This document shows, in pieces, positions 46,091 to 55,631 of a stretch of 57,459 bases of DNA. Below the pieces are notes generated by a model that did no database searches, had not been told where the DNA came from, and saw only the letters and a list, made by a program, of their open reading frames with translations. The stretch lies in the NCBI GenBank assembly GCA_035508175.1, contig DATJNL010000021.1, positions 1 through 57,459 on the forward strand, in the 5' to 3' direction. The position numbers and the translations under genes were made by a program. Within the stretch, counting starts at the first letter, position 1. The number at the start of each line of letters is the position of its first letter. Source of the DNA: Myxococcales bacterium. Lineage in GTDB: Bacteria > Myxococcota > Myxococcia > Myxococcales > JAKAPL01.

Positions 46091-46657
46091 GTGGCCACCC
46101 TCGTCGAGGATCTCGTCGCTCAAGGCGTCTGCACGCCCGAGGTGGTGGAAGCGGTGAAACGCCAGTTGGCAGCCGGCGGCGGCGGTCGGATCACGGACGC
46201 CCTCGCGGTGCTAGGCTGGGCCGACGAGCGTGCGGTCCTGCGTGTGATGGCGCTGCGTGCCAACACCCGCTTCGTGACGGTCGAGAAGCTCCAGGGCGCC
46301 AAGATCGAGCAGAGCGTGCTCGACCGCGTGCCGGTGCGCTTCTGTGAGACCCATTCGGCGATCCCGCTCAAGTACGACGGCCCCACGCAGGCGCTGCTCG
46401 TGGCGGCCGCCGATCCGGCGGATCAGGCCTTCCTGATGGACCTCAAGGTCGTCTCCAGCCTGCAAAACATCGTGGCCTTGGTCGCGCTCGAGCGCGGCGT
46501 CCAGGCAGCCATCCGTCGCTTCTACTATGGGGACGTCACGGCCTTCGAGAGCCTGTCCAAGGAGCTCAAGCCGGTCCGCGCTCCCGCGGCCGTCCGCGAC
46601 ACCCAGGAAGCCTCGCTATCGAAGATCTTCAAGACGCCCATCCCGAAACCCCAATGA
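46091..46657 (+). CDS. Stand-alone GspE/MshE N-terminal-domain (T2SSE_N-like) protein
   Basis: The 188-aa ORF contains ALAVLGWADERAVLRVMALRANTRFVTVEKL...SVLDRVPVRFCETHSAIPLKYDG..LLVAAADP, characteristic of the N1 domain of secretion ATPases. No ATPase domain follows. Confidence 0.7.
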   Translation: MATLVEDLVAQGVCTPEVVEAVKRQLAAGGGGRITDALAVLGWADERAVLRVMALRANTRFVTVEKLQGAKIEQSVLDRVPVRFCETHSAIPLKYDGPTQALLVAAADPADQAFLMDLKVVSSLQNIVALVALERGVQAAIRRFYYGDVTAFESLSKELKPVRAPAAVRDTQEASLSKIFKTPIPKPQ

Positions 46658-46702
46658 GGATCTGGAGTTCCCGGCCGCTCGGAAGATGCGTAGCTTGCGG
46701 TC

Positions 46703-47095
46703 ATGCGGGTGTTGATCGTCGAAGACGACGCTGACAACGGCGAGATCCTGCGCGAGCTGTTCGAAGCCGAGGGCCTCGAGGTCGCCTGGGCTCGGACGGG
46801 ACAGGAGGCGATCGATCTCCTGGGCCCCGACCGCTTCGGTGCAGCGCTGGTCGACGTTTCCCTGCCGGACCTCGACGGTGCCGCGGTCCTGTTCGCGCTG
46901 CGGCGAGCGCTGCCTCGAGCGCAGCTCGCCCTGGTGACGGGCTTCCCTCTCGCCACCCTCGACGCCGATCTGCGCCGCCTGGCCGACAGGATCTTCGAGA
47001 AGCCAGCCGACCCGGAGACGCTCCTCGCGTACGTTCGCGCGGCCGGCGAAGCGCGGCGCGAGGGGGCGGTGGACGCCTCGCCCCCGCCGGCGTAG
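46703..47095 (+). CDS. Single-domain response regulator (receiver only)
   Basis: The 130-aa ORF contains MRVLIVEDDADNGE...ALVDVSLPDLDG...LVTG...FEKP. Confidence 0.88.
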   Translation: MRVLIVEDDADNGEILRELFEAEGLEVAWARTGQEAIDLLGPDRFGAALVDVSLPDLDGAAVLFALRRALPRAQLALVTGFPLATLDADLRRLADRIFEKPADPETLLAYVRAAGEARREGAVDASPPPA

Positions 47096-47104
47096 AACGG
47101 CGCA

Positions 47105-47431
47105 GTGGGTCTATGGGATCACATGCGCCCGGCAGCGCGGACGGCGCAGCCGACCTTCTTCGAGCAGGCCGAAGGCAAGCTCGTCATCGGGTGGGACGAT
47201 CAGGTTCGGACCGAGATACCCTATCGAGAGCTGCGCCTGGCCTGTCCTTGCGCGGGCTGCGTCGAGGAGTGGAGCGGCAAGCGCACCGTGGATCCTGCAA
47301 ACGTGCCCGAGGGGGTGCATCCCCTGACCCTCGAGCCGGTGGGAAACTACGCCGTCTCCATCACCTGGAGCGATGGCCACTCCACCGGCATCTATTCCTG
47401 GACCACGCTGCGGGCGCTCGGCAGCCGCTGA
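47105..47431 (+). CDS. DUF971-family protein (gamma-butyrobetaine hydroxylase-like N-terminal domain)
   Basis: It contains LRLACPCAGCVEEWSGKR...GNYAVSITWSDGHSTGIYSWTTLRAL. The start may instead be the ATG at 47123. Confidence 0.78.
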   Translation: MGLWDHMRPAARTAQPTFFEQAEGKLVIGWDDQVRTEIPYRELRLACPCAGCVEEWSGKRTVDPANVPEGVHPLTLEPVGNYAVSITWSDGHSTGIYSWTTLRALGSR

Positions 47432-47452
47432 GGCGGGCGGCTCCGCCGCAGT

Positions 47453-47920
47453 CTACTTGATCAGCCGGAGGTGGCTGCGCGCCCGTGCCGACGTCGGTGT
47501 GGGCGTCTTCTCGTCATCGGGCCGCGACGTGCCCAGCGCGGCGGCGGCCCCCTTCGAGCTGGCCACGCGTGGAAGAGGCGTCGGCTCGGCAAACGGCCCC
47601 GGCAGCCCTTCGGGCATGTCCTCGCGCCAGACGACCGATTCACCGGTGACGTGGCTGGTCGCCGCGTAGATGGCCTGGTAGGGCAGCTTGCAGAGGAAGG
47701 GGCTGCCGCCGAAGCTCAGCGTGCAGCTCACCCCGTCACCCTCGAGTGACAGGTCACGGCTGGCGAACCGGTGCGACAGGTTCAGGCGGAGCTGCGGGTC
47801 GGCCGCGTGCTTGGCCGGCACGCGCACCCCGTCGCGCCGCGCGTCGAGGTGGACCAAGACCATCCCCTCGGAGAGCAGCCTCATCAGGATCGCGCGCTTC
47901 GGCGGCAGGCGAGCGGGCAC
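47453..47920 (-). CDS. sspB: SspB-like ClpXP adaptor protein
   Basis: The 155-aa ORF contains GMVLVHLDARRDGVRVP...LRLNLSHRFA..DLSLEGDGVSCTLSFGG..FLCKLPYQAIYA, which is SspB-fold-like, followed by a disordered tail. It is adjacent to smpB. Confidence 0.65.
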   Translation of the reverse strand: MPARLPPKRAILMRLLSEGMVLVHLDARRDGVRVPAKHAADPQLRLNLSHRFASRDLSLEGDGVSCTLSFGGSPFLCKLPYQAIYAATSHVTGESVVWREDMPEGLPGPFAEPTPLPRVASSKGAAAALGTSRPDDEKTPTPTSARARSHLRLIK

Positions 47921-47974
47921 GTGACGAGTCTACCCGAGCAGGGCGACACCGCAAGGCCCGGCCGGGAAGCGCCT

Positions 47975-48457
47975 TCACCTCCCGCGACGTGACCCCTTGA
48001 CGGCGCGATCGATTTCGCGGCGCGTCTCGCGCTCCTTGATGTCCTCGCGCCGATCTTCGTGCGTCTTCCCGCGGCAGAGACCGAGCTCCACCTTCGCGAA
48101 GCCATTCTTGAAGTAGAGAGAGAGGGGCACGAGCGAGTAGCCGCGCTCGGACACCTTGCCGACCAGCCGCTCGATCTCCTTCTTGTGCAACAACAGCTTG
48201 CGCGCGCGCGTCGGCTCGTGACCGAGCTGCGCCGCCGCCTCGTAGGGTCCGATGCGGCAGTTCACCAGGAACAGCTCCTCGCGCTTGGGAATCGCGTAGG
48301 CGTCGGCGAGGTTGGCGTTCCCGGCGCGCAGGCTCTTGACCTCGCTGCCCTGCAGCTGCAGCCCGGCCTCGAGCGTCTCCTCGACGGCGTAGTTGAAGCG
48401 CGCCTTCTTGTTGCTCGCGATGACCTTGCGATCCGGCGATTTCAGCTTCGCGCTCAT
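47975..48457 (-). CDS. smpB: SsrA-binding protein SmpB
   Basis: The 160-aa ORF contains IASNKKARFNYAVEETLEAGLQLQGSEVKSLR...LLLHKKEI. Confidence 0.96.
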   Translation of the reverse strand: MSAKLKSPDRKVIASNKKARFNYAVEETLEAGLQLQGSEVKSLRAGNANLADAYAIPKREELFLVNCRIGPYEAAAQLGHEPTRARKLLLHKKEIERLVGKVSERGYSLVPLSLYFKNGFAKVELGLCRGKTHEDRREDIKERETRREIDRAVKGSRRGR

Positions 48458-48460
48458 CGG

Positions 48461-49309
48461 TCAGGCCAGGGCCGTGTTGTCGATGAGGCGCGTCTTGCCG
48501 ACGAACGCTGCGACGAACGCCATCGAGCGCGCGTCGGCCCGGGTGACGGCGCGCAGACTCTCGCCGTCACGGATCTCCGCGTAGTCGGCCCGGGCGCCGG
48601 CTTCGGCGAGCCGGTCGAGGATCACCTGCGACAGGGGCGCCGGTTCGCGCACCCCCGAGGCAAAGAGGGCCCGCGCCGCTGCCAGGCCCTGTGAGAGGCA
48701 CAGGGCGCGCCGGCGCTCATCGGCCGACAGGTAGGCGTTTCGGCTGCTGAGCGCCAGGCCATCCGGCTCTCGCACGATCGGCGCACCCACGATGCCCGTC
48801 GGGAGGCCCAGATCGAGCGTGAGCCGCTCGATGATCTTGAGCTGCTGGTAGTCCTTGCGGCCGAAGACCGCGACGTCCGGCAGGAAGAGGCAGAGGAGCT
48901 TGGCGACCACGGTCGCGACGCCGCGGAAGTGCCCGGGGCGGCTCGCGCCGCAGAGGCCCTGTGAGAGCTCCCCGACGTCCACCGCGGTCTGGAAACCGGG
49001 GGGGTAGACGTCCTCCGGCGGCGGGTGGAAGACCGCGTGCGCGCCGGCCGCGCCGCACTTCGCGAGGTCGCCCGGCAGGTCGCGCGGGTAGCGCGCCAGG
49101 TCTTCCGCGGGTCCGAACTGCAGCGGGTTCACGAAGATCGAGACCGCGAGCCGGTCGGCCTGGCGCAGCGCCTCGCGCATAAGCGACAGATGGCCCTCGT
49201 GCAGGTACCCCATGGTGGGGACGAGGGCCACGCGCAAGCCGGCCCGCCGCCACGACGCCGCGAGCTCCCGCGCCTCGGTGGCCTTTTCGACGACCTGTGG
49301 CTCCGCCAC
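48461..49309 (-). CDS. panC: Pantoate--beta-alanine ligase
   Basis: The 282-aa ORF contains LVPTMGYLHEGHLSLM...VSIFVNPLQFGP. Confidence 0.95.
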   Translation of the reverse strand: MAEPQVVEKATEARELAASWRRAGLRVALVPTMGYLHEGHLSLMREALRQADRLAVSIFVNPLQFGPAEDLARYPRDLPGDLAKCGAAGAHAVFHPPPEDVYPPGFQTAVDVGELSQGLCGASRPGHFRGVATVVAKLLCLFLPDVAVFGRKDYQQLKIIERLTLDLGLPTGIVGAPIVREPDGLALSSRNAYLSADERRRALCLSQGLAAARALFASGVREPAPLSQVILDRLAEAGARADYAEIRDGESLRAVTRADARSMAFVAAFVGKTRLIDNTALA

Positions 49310-49315
49310 GGCTCC

Positions 49316-50164
49316 TCAGTCGCCTCCCGTGCCGCCGTGGCCCTTCACGAGCCGGATCTCCTCCGCGGGAAAGGCGTGTGCCGCGGCGGGAAACGCACCG
49401 CCCCGCACCTCCGAGACGTAGCGCTCGGCGGCCTGCTTCGCCTCCGTCCCGAGTTCGGCGAAGCGCTTCACGAAGCGAGGCTTGAAATCGGGATCGAGGC
49501 CGAGCATGTCGTAGCACACGAGCACCTGTCCGGAGCACGCTGCACCGGCGCCGATGCCGATCGTGGGGATCGAGAGCTTCGCGGTCACCTCGGCGGCCAG
49601 CTCGGCCGGGATGGCCTCTAGGACGATCGCGTAGCAGCCGGCCTTCTCGAGAGCGATCGCGTCTTCGACCAGGCGGCGCGCCTTGTTCTCGCCGCGCCCC
49701 TGCACCACGTAGCCGCCGAGCTTGTGGAACGACTGCGGCGTGAGCCCCAGGTGGCCCATCACCGGCACGCTGGCGCGCACGATGGCCTCGACCACCGGCA
49801 CGAAGTCCGCGCCGCCCTCGAGCTTCACGCTCTCGGCCCCGCCCTCGGCCACGAGCCGGATCGCGTGGCGCACGGCCTCTTCCCCGGACACCTGGTAGCT
49901 CCCGAACGGCATGTCCGCCACCAGGTGCGCGCGCTTCGTCGCCCGCGCCACCGCACGGCAGTGGTAGACGACGTCGTCGACCGTGACCGGCAGGGTGTGG
50001 GGGTGGCCCTGGACGACCATGCCCAGGGAGTCGCCGACGAGGAGCACGTCCAGACCCGCGGCGTCGAACAACCGGGCGAACGTTGCGTCGTAGCAGGTGA
50101 GCATGGAGACGCGCTCGCCCGCGTCCTTCATCTTCTGCAGCGTATGGATGGTAACCTTCTTCAC
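49316..50164 (-). CDS. panB: 3-methyl-2-oxobutanoate hydroxymethyltransferase
   Basis: The 282-aa ORF contains [12 protein letters not shown]...[14 protein letters not shown]...VKLEGG. Confidence 0.95.
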   Translation of the reverse strand: MKKVTIHTLQKMKDAGERVSMLTCYDATFARLFDAAGLDVLLVGDSLGMVVQGHPHTLPVTVDDVVYHCRAVARATKRAHLVADMPFGSYQVSGEEAVRHAIRLVAEGGAESVKLEGGADFVPVVEAIVRASVPVMGHLGLTPQSFHKLGGYVVQGRGENKARRLVEDAIALEKAGCYAIVLEAIPAELAAEVTAKLSIPTIGIGAGAACSGQVLVCYDMLGLDPDFKPRFVKRFAELGTEAKQAAERYVSEVRGGAFPAAAHAFPAEEIRLVKGHGGTGGD

Positions 50165-50258
50165 GGTTTACCTCCTGCTTTCTGGCCGCTCTGTGTCGCT
50201 CCCCACCTCGGGTAGCGCGCCCGCGAGGGCTGCGCTCCCAGGGGAGCCATTGCTCCCG

Positions 50259-50945
50259 TCAGCGCGCGGCCGAGCCGACGGGGTGGTAGTGCTGCGTCCC
50301 TTTCTGCATGCGCCCGATGGCGGTCAAGAGCCCTTCCAGATCCTGCTCGTCCTCCACGAAATCGATGTCCGACGTGTTCACGACCAGGAGCGGCGTTTCG
50401 TCATAATGGAAGAAGAACTCATTGTAAGCCTCGCAGAGCCCCGCGAGGTAGCCCGCGTCGAAGCGGCGCTCGAACTCGCGTCCGCGCTTCTTGATGCGCG
50501 CGAGCAGCACGTCGAGCCTGGCTTGCAGGTAGATCACGAGGTCGGGCTTCAGGACGCGCGGCCCCATCAGCTCATAGACCTTCTGGTAGAGCATGATCTC
50601 CTGGGGGTCGAGCGTCACCTGCGCGAACAGTCGGTCCTTCGCGAACAGGTAGTCGCTGATGGTCGAACCCGAGAACAGGTCCATCTGGCCGAGCTCCTGC
50701 TGCTGCTTGAAGCGCGAGAGCAGGAAGAAGAGTTGCGTCTGGAACGCATACTTGCCGCGGTCGGTGTAGAAGCTCGCAAGGAAGGGATTCTCCTCGACGA
50801 TTTCGAGGACGGTGCGCGCCGCGAGCCGCTTCGCGAGCGCGTGGACCAGCGTGGTCTTGCCCACGCCGATGGGCCCCTCGACGACGATGTAGCGGTTCCG
50901 GTTCAAGGGTCCGCGATCAAACCACAGGGACGCCGCGAGGTCCAT
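50259..50945 (-). CDS. Deoxynucleoside kinase
   Basis: The 228-aa ORF has the P-loop YIVVEGPIGVGKTTL and an ...ERR..F lid region (IKKRGREFERRFD). Confidence 0.85.
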   Translation of the reverse strand: MDLAASLWFDRGPLNRNRYIVVEGPIGVGKTTLVHALAKRLAARTVLEIVEENPFLASFYTDRGKYAFQTQLFFLLSRFKQQQELGQMDLFSGSTISDYLFAKDRLFAQVTLDPQEIMLYQKVYELMGPRVLKPDLVIYLQARLDVLLARIKKRGREFERRFDAGYLAGLCEAYNEFFFHYDETPLLVVNTSDIDFVEDEQDLEGLLTAIGRMQKGTQHYHPVGSAAR

Positions 50946-50981
50946 CGCGGCCTCGCGCGCAGTCCCGGGGGGCCTGCCGCC

Positions 50982-53297
50982 TCAGGGGATCTGGCAGCAG
51001 TTGCCGCCGCAGCCGGCGGGGCAAGCCGCGCAGACGAGCGTGGTGCCGCCGACGACGTTGCACTCGGCGTCGTTGCTGCACGCCTGGCCTTGCAGCGTCA
51101 TCACGTCGGCGGTGCACTGGTTCACACCGGTCTCGCCGCCGCAGATGATCGCCGGCTGCTCGCAGACCTCGTCGCTCGGGCAGTCGGCGTTGCTCGCGCA
51201 GCTGTTCGTGCCGGCATCGGGCTGGCCGCCGCCGCCCGGGCCGCCGTCGGGTGTGCCACCGGACGCCTTGCACTGGTCCTCGCCCCCTTTGCCCTCGTCC
51301 TCGCAGCCCGCCGCGCAGCTCTGGACGGTGGTGAGCTTGCCCTGCTTGCACGCATACAACGTTCCGTCGTTGCCCTTCACGCCGTGGCCACCACAGTAAA
51401 GGCCGTCGCCGGCCGGGCACTGCGGCTCGATCTGAGCCGCTACGCAGGAGTCGACGCCGGTCGCGAGCCGCACGAAGGCCTTCCAGCCGTTCACCGTGTG
51501 GTGGGCCGCGTCCAGGTGGCCGTTCGCGGTCACCGCGAAGACCCAGTCTCGGCCGTCCGCACCTTGCCAGGCGAACGGGTCCGAGGCGAACTGATCCGTG
51601 GAAAGGGACGCGAACTTCCCGAGCACGTGGGTCTTCGCATCCAGCGTCGCGCGGCTCACCCGGCCGGAGACGCCGCGCACGAACACCGTCACCACGCCGT
51701 CGTCGAGGGCGGCCGCGGGCTCGCCGGCGAGGGCGAAGGTGGTGTCCATCGCCTCGAACTGCGAGAAGCCCTGCGCCGTCGAGTGCGCGCCATAGAGCCT
51801 GCCGTCCTGCCCGCGCGCGAAGAGCCGCAGCACACCGTCCGCGTCGCGCACCGCCACGGGGCGCGACGAGAGCGGCCCGCCCGCGATGGCCTTCCAGCCC
51901 AGCCAGCCCGAGCCATCCGCGTCGTGGCTCTCGTCGTACGACGCCTGCCCGGCCGCATCGGTGGCGAAGAGCACGCCGTCGCCGTCCTGCGCCAGGATCG
52001 CGCTTGCCCCCGTGGCGAAGCTGCCACCGAGGCTCTCCCAGGTGCTCCAGCGCTTGTCGAACGGGTCATAGTAGCGGTGGTAGAGGCGCCCCTCGCCCTG
52101 ACTCAACGCGAAGACCTCGGTGCGGCCGTCCTTCCAGCCGCCAGCCGCCGTGTCCGACCAGCGCAGCGTCGCGGGCTGCACGAGATCCTTGCCTCCGAAG
52201 TCGGCGAGCGGCGTCCAGCCGCGATCGTAGTCGCTCGCGCGCGTATCGCCCGCGGCGCCGCTCGAATCGAAGACCTCGGCGTGCTCGCCGCCCGCGTAGC
52301 TGTCGACGGCGGCAACGCCGCAGTGCGCCATTCCGTCGAGGTCCGCGGGCGCGTGCCACTGGTCCGACGTCCCGTCCGTCCACGCGTGGAGCACCTTGCC
52401 GGAGCTCTCGCGCACGAAGACCTCGACGTGCCCATCGGCCCAGGTGACCGCCGACATGCCACCGTTGTTCTCGACCTGGTCCACGCCCGTCGGGTACGTC
52501 TCCGGCGCGAGGTTGGTCTTCCCCGGCGCGGGCGCCAGCAGGAGGTCGGCCGTGTCGTAATCCATGCTGCCGCTGCAGTCGGTGTATTGCCAGGCGAGGT
52601 CGCGGTAGCCGGAGTAGTCGGGGTCGGAGAACGGCGACAGCCCTGCCTCGAAGCAACGGCTCGGATCCGGGTAATTCGCGACCCAGGCGCCGTCGACCGG
52701 CAACCCCTCGCTCTTGAAGGCGTCCAGGCCGTCGGGGTTGGAGTAGACGTAGCCCAGGTAGCCGCCGGCGTGGACCGCGTCGAGCCAGGCGCGGACGTAG
52801 GCGGACGCGCCGCTCGGGTCGTTGCCGTAGGTCTCGGCCTCGACGTCGAGGACCACCGGGATCTTCGCGTTTGGCGCCCAGTGGTAGCTCTTCATGATCG
52901 AGACCGCGTCCGCGCCGTCGGCGGTGCCCTGTCCGGAAGTGAGATTGCACGGGCAGCCGAGTCCCGGACCGTTCTGGCCCACGTAGATGGGCATGAACTG
53001 CCAGCCGGTGGCCTGGCTGAGCGCGATGAGCGCGCTCTCGTCCCAGCCGGACCCGGCATTGCACGCTCCGCCGATGTACGCGCCCGACCACTGGATGCCG
53101 TCCTCGCTCTTGTAGGCCTTCGCCTCGGCGACGCTGAGCACGCTGGCGCGATCGAGGCCGGCGGCGGCTGGACCGACCTGGAGCTCGTCCGCGGTGAGGA
53201 ACGGCGGCACTCCTGCGCCTTCGACTCCCTGCCCGCAGGCCACGAACAACCCGAGCGCGAGAAGGGTCGCAGCGACATGGCGGGCGTTCGCGGTCAT
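50982..53297 (-). CDS. Secreted lipoprotein with a DUF1906-like glycoside-hydrolase-fold domain, lectin-type beta-propeller repeats and a C-terminal Cys-rich module
   Basis: The ATG at 53297 follows GGAGG and the lipobox is LGLFVAC. The N-domain contains VVLDVEAETYGNDPSGASAYVRAWLDAVHAGGYLGYVYS. About six repeats follow, such as GHVEVFVRESSGKVLHAW, GRTEVFALSQGEGRLYHRYY and DGVLRLFARGQDGRLYGAH. The tail has about 20 Cys. Confidence 0.78.
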   Translation of the reverse strand: MTANARHVAATLLALGLFVACGQGVEGAGVPPFLTADELQVGPAAAGLDRASVLSVAEAKAYKSEDGIQWSGAYIGGACNAGSGWDESALIALSQATGWQFMPIYVGQNGPGLGCPCNLTSGQGTADGADAVSIMKSYHWAPNAKIPVVLDVEAETYGNDPSGASAYVRAWLDAVHAGGYLGYVYSNPDGLDAFKSEGLPVDGAWVANYPDPSRCFEAGLSPFSDPDYSGYRDLAWQYTDCSGSMDYDTADLLLAPAPGKTNLAPETYPTGVDQVENNGGMSAVTWADGHVEVFVRESSGKVLHAWTDGTSDQWHAPADLDGMAHCGVAAVDSYAGGEHAEVFDSSGAAGDTRASDYDRGWTPLADFGGKDLVQPATLRWSDTAAGGWKDGRTEVFALSQGEGRLYHRYYDPFDKRWSTWESLGGSFATGASAILAQDGDGVLFATDAAGQASYDESHDADGSGWLGWKAIAGGPLSSRPVAVRDADGVLRLFARGQDGRLYGAHSTAQGFSQFEAMDTTFALAGEPAAALDDGVVTVFVRGVSGRVSRATLDAKTHVLGKFASLSTDQFASDPFAWQGADGRDWVFAVTANGHLDAAHHTVNGWKAFVRLATGVDSCVAAQIEPQCPAGDGLYCGGHGVKGNDGTLYACKQGKLTTVQSCAAGCEDEGKGGEDQCKASGGTPDGGPGGGGQPDAGTNSCASNADCPSDEVCEQPAIICGGETGVNQCTADVMTLQGQACSNDAECNVVGGTTLVCAACPAGCGGNCCQIP

Positions 53298-53578
53298 CGG
53301 CGGCCTCCGTTCTCCAGGAGGTCTCTCAGCAAGTCGCACGCCACGAGCACCCACGAGCGATCCTGCATGGATAGGGGTGTAGTGAAGCTTTACTTCCTCC
53401 CACCTCGCGCACCACTGGAGCAGCGCTGCCGCGCCTCCGGGGCGGGCCGGGGACGCAGCCGTCAGAGGGGCTCGCTACAGTGCCGTTCGGTTCACGGGAG
53501 GTCTCCATGGCGAGAGCGGCATTGCGTCGGAGCAGGGCGGCGGTCGTCGAAGCAGAACCCGAGGGAGAGGCGGAGCAC

Positions 53579-53767
53579 ATGACGCCGCTCTACGCGGCGG
53601 CGCTCCTCAAGGTGGCGATGGAGCTGAAGCGCCCGGACGCGCGCGGGCTCGATGAGCTCCTCGCCCACGTGCTCGAGGGGCTGCGCGTCGACCGCGACGA
53701 GTTCAAGGCCTATCTCTCGCGCAACTTCTCGCTGCTCAGGGCGACGGCGCGAAGCCGGGCCTACTAG
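53579..53767 (+). CDS. Small (62-aa) hypothetical protein
   Basis: The internal ATG at 53579 of track ORF 53480..53767 is favoured because wobble GC rises sharply from that ATG onward. The 3' end overlaps the convergent rsmA by 32 nt. Confidence 0.45.
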   Translation: MTPLYAAALLKVAMELKRPDARGLDELLAHVLEGLRVDRDEFKAYLSRNFSLLRATARSRAY

Positions 53768-54563
53768 CGAAGGCCTCCGCGAGCTGGTCGAACTCCTCGA
53801 CGCTGAGGGTCTCGGCACGGCGGGAGCCGTCGATCGAAGCGGCCGCCAGCGCGTGCGGCACCTCGGGGAGCCCTGCGTTCGCGAGGGCGTTCTGGAGCGT
53901 CTTGCGGCGCTGGCCGAACGCGGCGCGGACGGTGCGCTGGAATGCCTCGGTACCGGCGAGGTGGGCGCGCGGAGCCGCGAGGGGCTCGAGCCGGACCACC
54001 GCCGAATCGACCGCGGGGCGCGGATGGAATGCGCTGGCCGGGATAGTGAACAGCCGCTCCACCCGGCAGCGCGCCTGGGCCTGCACCGACAGCGCGCCGT
54101 AGGTACGCGAGCCCGGACCCGCGGCCAGGCGGTCGGCAAACTCCGCCTGCAGCGTGAACACGAGTCGCACGACGTCCGAGAGCTGCGCGAGGCAGTGGAA
54201 CAGGATGCGGCTCGACAGGTGGTAGGGCAGGTTGCCGACCACGGTGGCGCGGCCGCCCGCCACCTCGCGCAGCGAGACCGTTGCCGCATTCGCCTCGACG
54301 ACCGTGACGCCGGGCAGCGTCCGCCGCAGCAAGACCGCCAGGTCGCGGTCGCGCTCGACGGCTACGACACGCGCACCCGTCGCGAGCAGCCGCTCGGTCA
54401 GGTGGCCGAGCCCCGCCCCCAGCTCGACGGCCACGTCGCCTTCGCCCAGCAGCGCCGCCGCGGCGATGCGATCGAGCGTGCCTGCGTCGGCCAGGAAGTT
54501 CTGCCCCCAGGACTTCTTGGGCGAGAGGCCCGCCCGCTTTAGTAGGACCGAGGGCGCGTCCAT
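53736..54563 (-). CDS. rsmA: 16S rRNA (adenine1518/1519-N6)-dimethyltransferase
   Basis: The 275-aa ORF contains PKKSWGQNFLAD...VVELGAGLGHLT...GNLPYH. Confidence 0.95.
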   Translation of the reverse strand: MDAPSVLLKRAGLSPKKSWGQNFLADAGTLDRIAAAALLGEGDVAVELGAGLGHLTERLLATGARVVAVERDRDLAVLLRRTLPGVTVVEANAATVSLREVAGGRATVVGNLPYHLSSRILFHCLAQLSDVVRLVFTLQAEFADRLAAGPGSRTYGALSVQAQARCRVERLFTIPASAFHPRPAVDSAVVRLEPLAAPRAHLAGTEAFQRTVRAAFGQRRKTLQNALANAGLPEVPHALAAASIDGSRRAETLSVEEFDQLAEAFASRPGFAPSP

Positions 54564-55559
<996 letters not shown>

Positions 55560-55631
55560 CGGCCGGAGGTGTGCCTGCGAAGTGCGCAAACGTCAAGCCA
55601 GGGCGGGGGGACCGTGGGGCGCGCCAGCTGC

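Noticed and set aside
47921-47974. A tmRNA (ssrA) gene next to smpB.
   Set aside because: The flanking intergenic regions are only about 50 nt and 3 nt. There is no tRNA-like acceptor or T-arm sequence and no tag-reading-frame candidate.
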